A stretch of DNA of 32,000 nucleotides from Trichlorobacter lovleyi SZ (lineage in GTDB: Bacteria > Desulfobacterota > Desulfuromonadia > Geobacterales > Pseudopelobacteraceae). The stretch covers positions 2,070,001-2,102,000 of the forward strand of contig NC_010814.1 of assembly GCF_000020385.1 (NCBI RefSeq). The letters are read 5' to 3'. Numbering within the stretch: position 1 is the stretch's first letter; each line of letters starts with the position of its first letter. The notes under the pieces were generated by a model. That model made no database searches. It worked only from the letters and a program-made list of their open reading frames with translations, and was not told the DNA's origin. The position numbers and the translations under genes are program-made. Of this stretch, positions 31,770 to 32,000 are shown piece by piece.

Positions 31770-32000
31770 GTGTGGAAGATCATCTACCGCTGCATGCTTG
31801 TCTGTCTGATCCTTATCAGCTGTTTGCGCAGTACCGATGCAATTGCAGCGACAACTGAAAGGGCGATCTTTGCCGGTGGCTGCTTCTGGTGCATGGAACA
31901 GCCTTTTGATACATTACCGGGCGTTCTGTCGGTCATGCCCGGCTACACCGGCGGCACCAAACCAAATCCAACCTATCAGGATGTCTCTGCCGGTGGTACA
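31770..32000 (+). CDS. msrA: peptide-methionine (S)-S-oxide reductase, exported or lipoprotein form, 5' part (runs off the window)
   Basis: GTG 31770 lies 5 nt after GCAGGAGG. The translation is (M)[76 protein letters not shown]. It has the GCFWC catalytic motif, and the hydrophobic leader carries a possible LISC lipobox. This frame is not listed in the ORF track. Confidence 0.85.
   Translation, partial: MWKIIYRCMLVCLILISCLRSTDAIAATTERAIFAGGCFWCMEQPFDTLPGVLSVMPGYTGGTKPNPTYQDVSAGGT

Overview
Gene-dense chromosomal window with protein sequences that look Desulfuromonadales-like (Geobacter/Pelobacter type); that placement is inferred from protein flavour, not tested. I found no rRNA, tRNA, CRISPR array, transposase or integrase. 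Content from left to right: (1) a housekeeping block, tmk(3' end)-holB-PSP1/RicT-metG. (2) ppnP followed by a HesB/IscA-like ORF on the minus strand, missed by the ORF track because it carries an in-frame TGA at the conserved Cys position, so it is a candidate selenoprotein with hairpins after the UGA. (3) A sigma-54-type promoter in front of a small secreted protein. (4) DUF2721 and recG, with an AbrB/SpoVT-like extension on RecG. (5) A visibly A+T-richer, tightly overlapping minus-strand glycan operon: GT9, GT4 with a G8 tract, methyltransferase, unknown protein, Wzx flippase, GT2, GT4 and a UbiA-family phosphoribosyltransferase-like enzyme. (6) fbp plus a start/stop-coupled acidic Cys-rich protein. 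(7) A cyclic-nucleotide signalling operon, FecR/TPR - CHASE2 class III cyclase - mutM - PilZ - class-II-PDE-like MBL hydrolase - orphan MlaE permease, transcribed divergently from an orphan GAF-domain GspE/PilB-type ATPase. (8) An unannotated 34-aa Cys-rich rubredoxin-like ORF, a tandem ferritin-like protein and a hemerythrin. (9) A LysR regulator divergent from exported rhodanese - 4Fe-4S/CCG protein - DUF3047 - exported msrA (5' part). The ATTCA-N6-TGAAT palindrome followed by ACAAAGGAG occurs only twice in the window, directly upstream of the candidate selenoprotein and of the rhodanese gene. This suggests one shared sulfur/selenium regulon. All family assignments come from reading motifs by eye; no searches were run.
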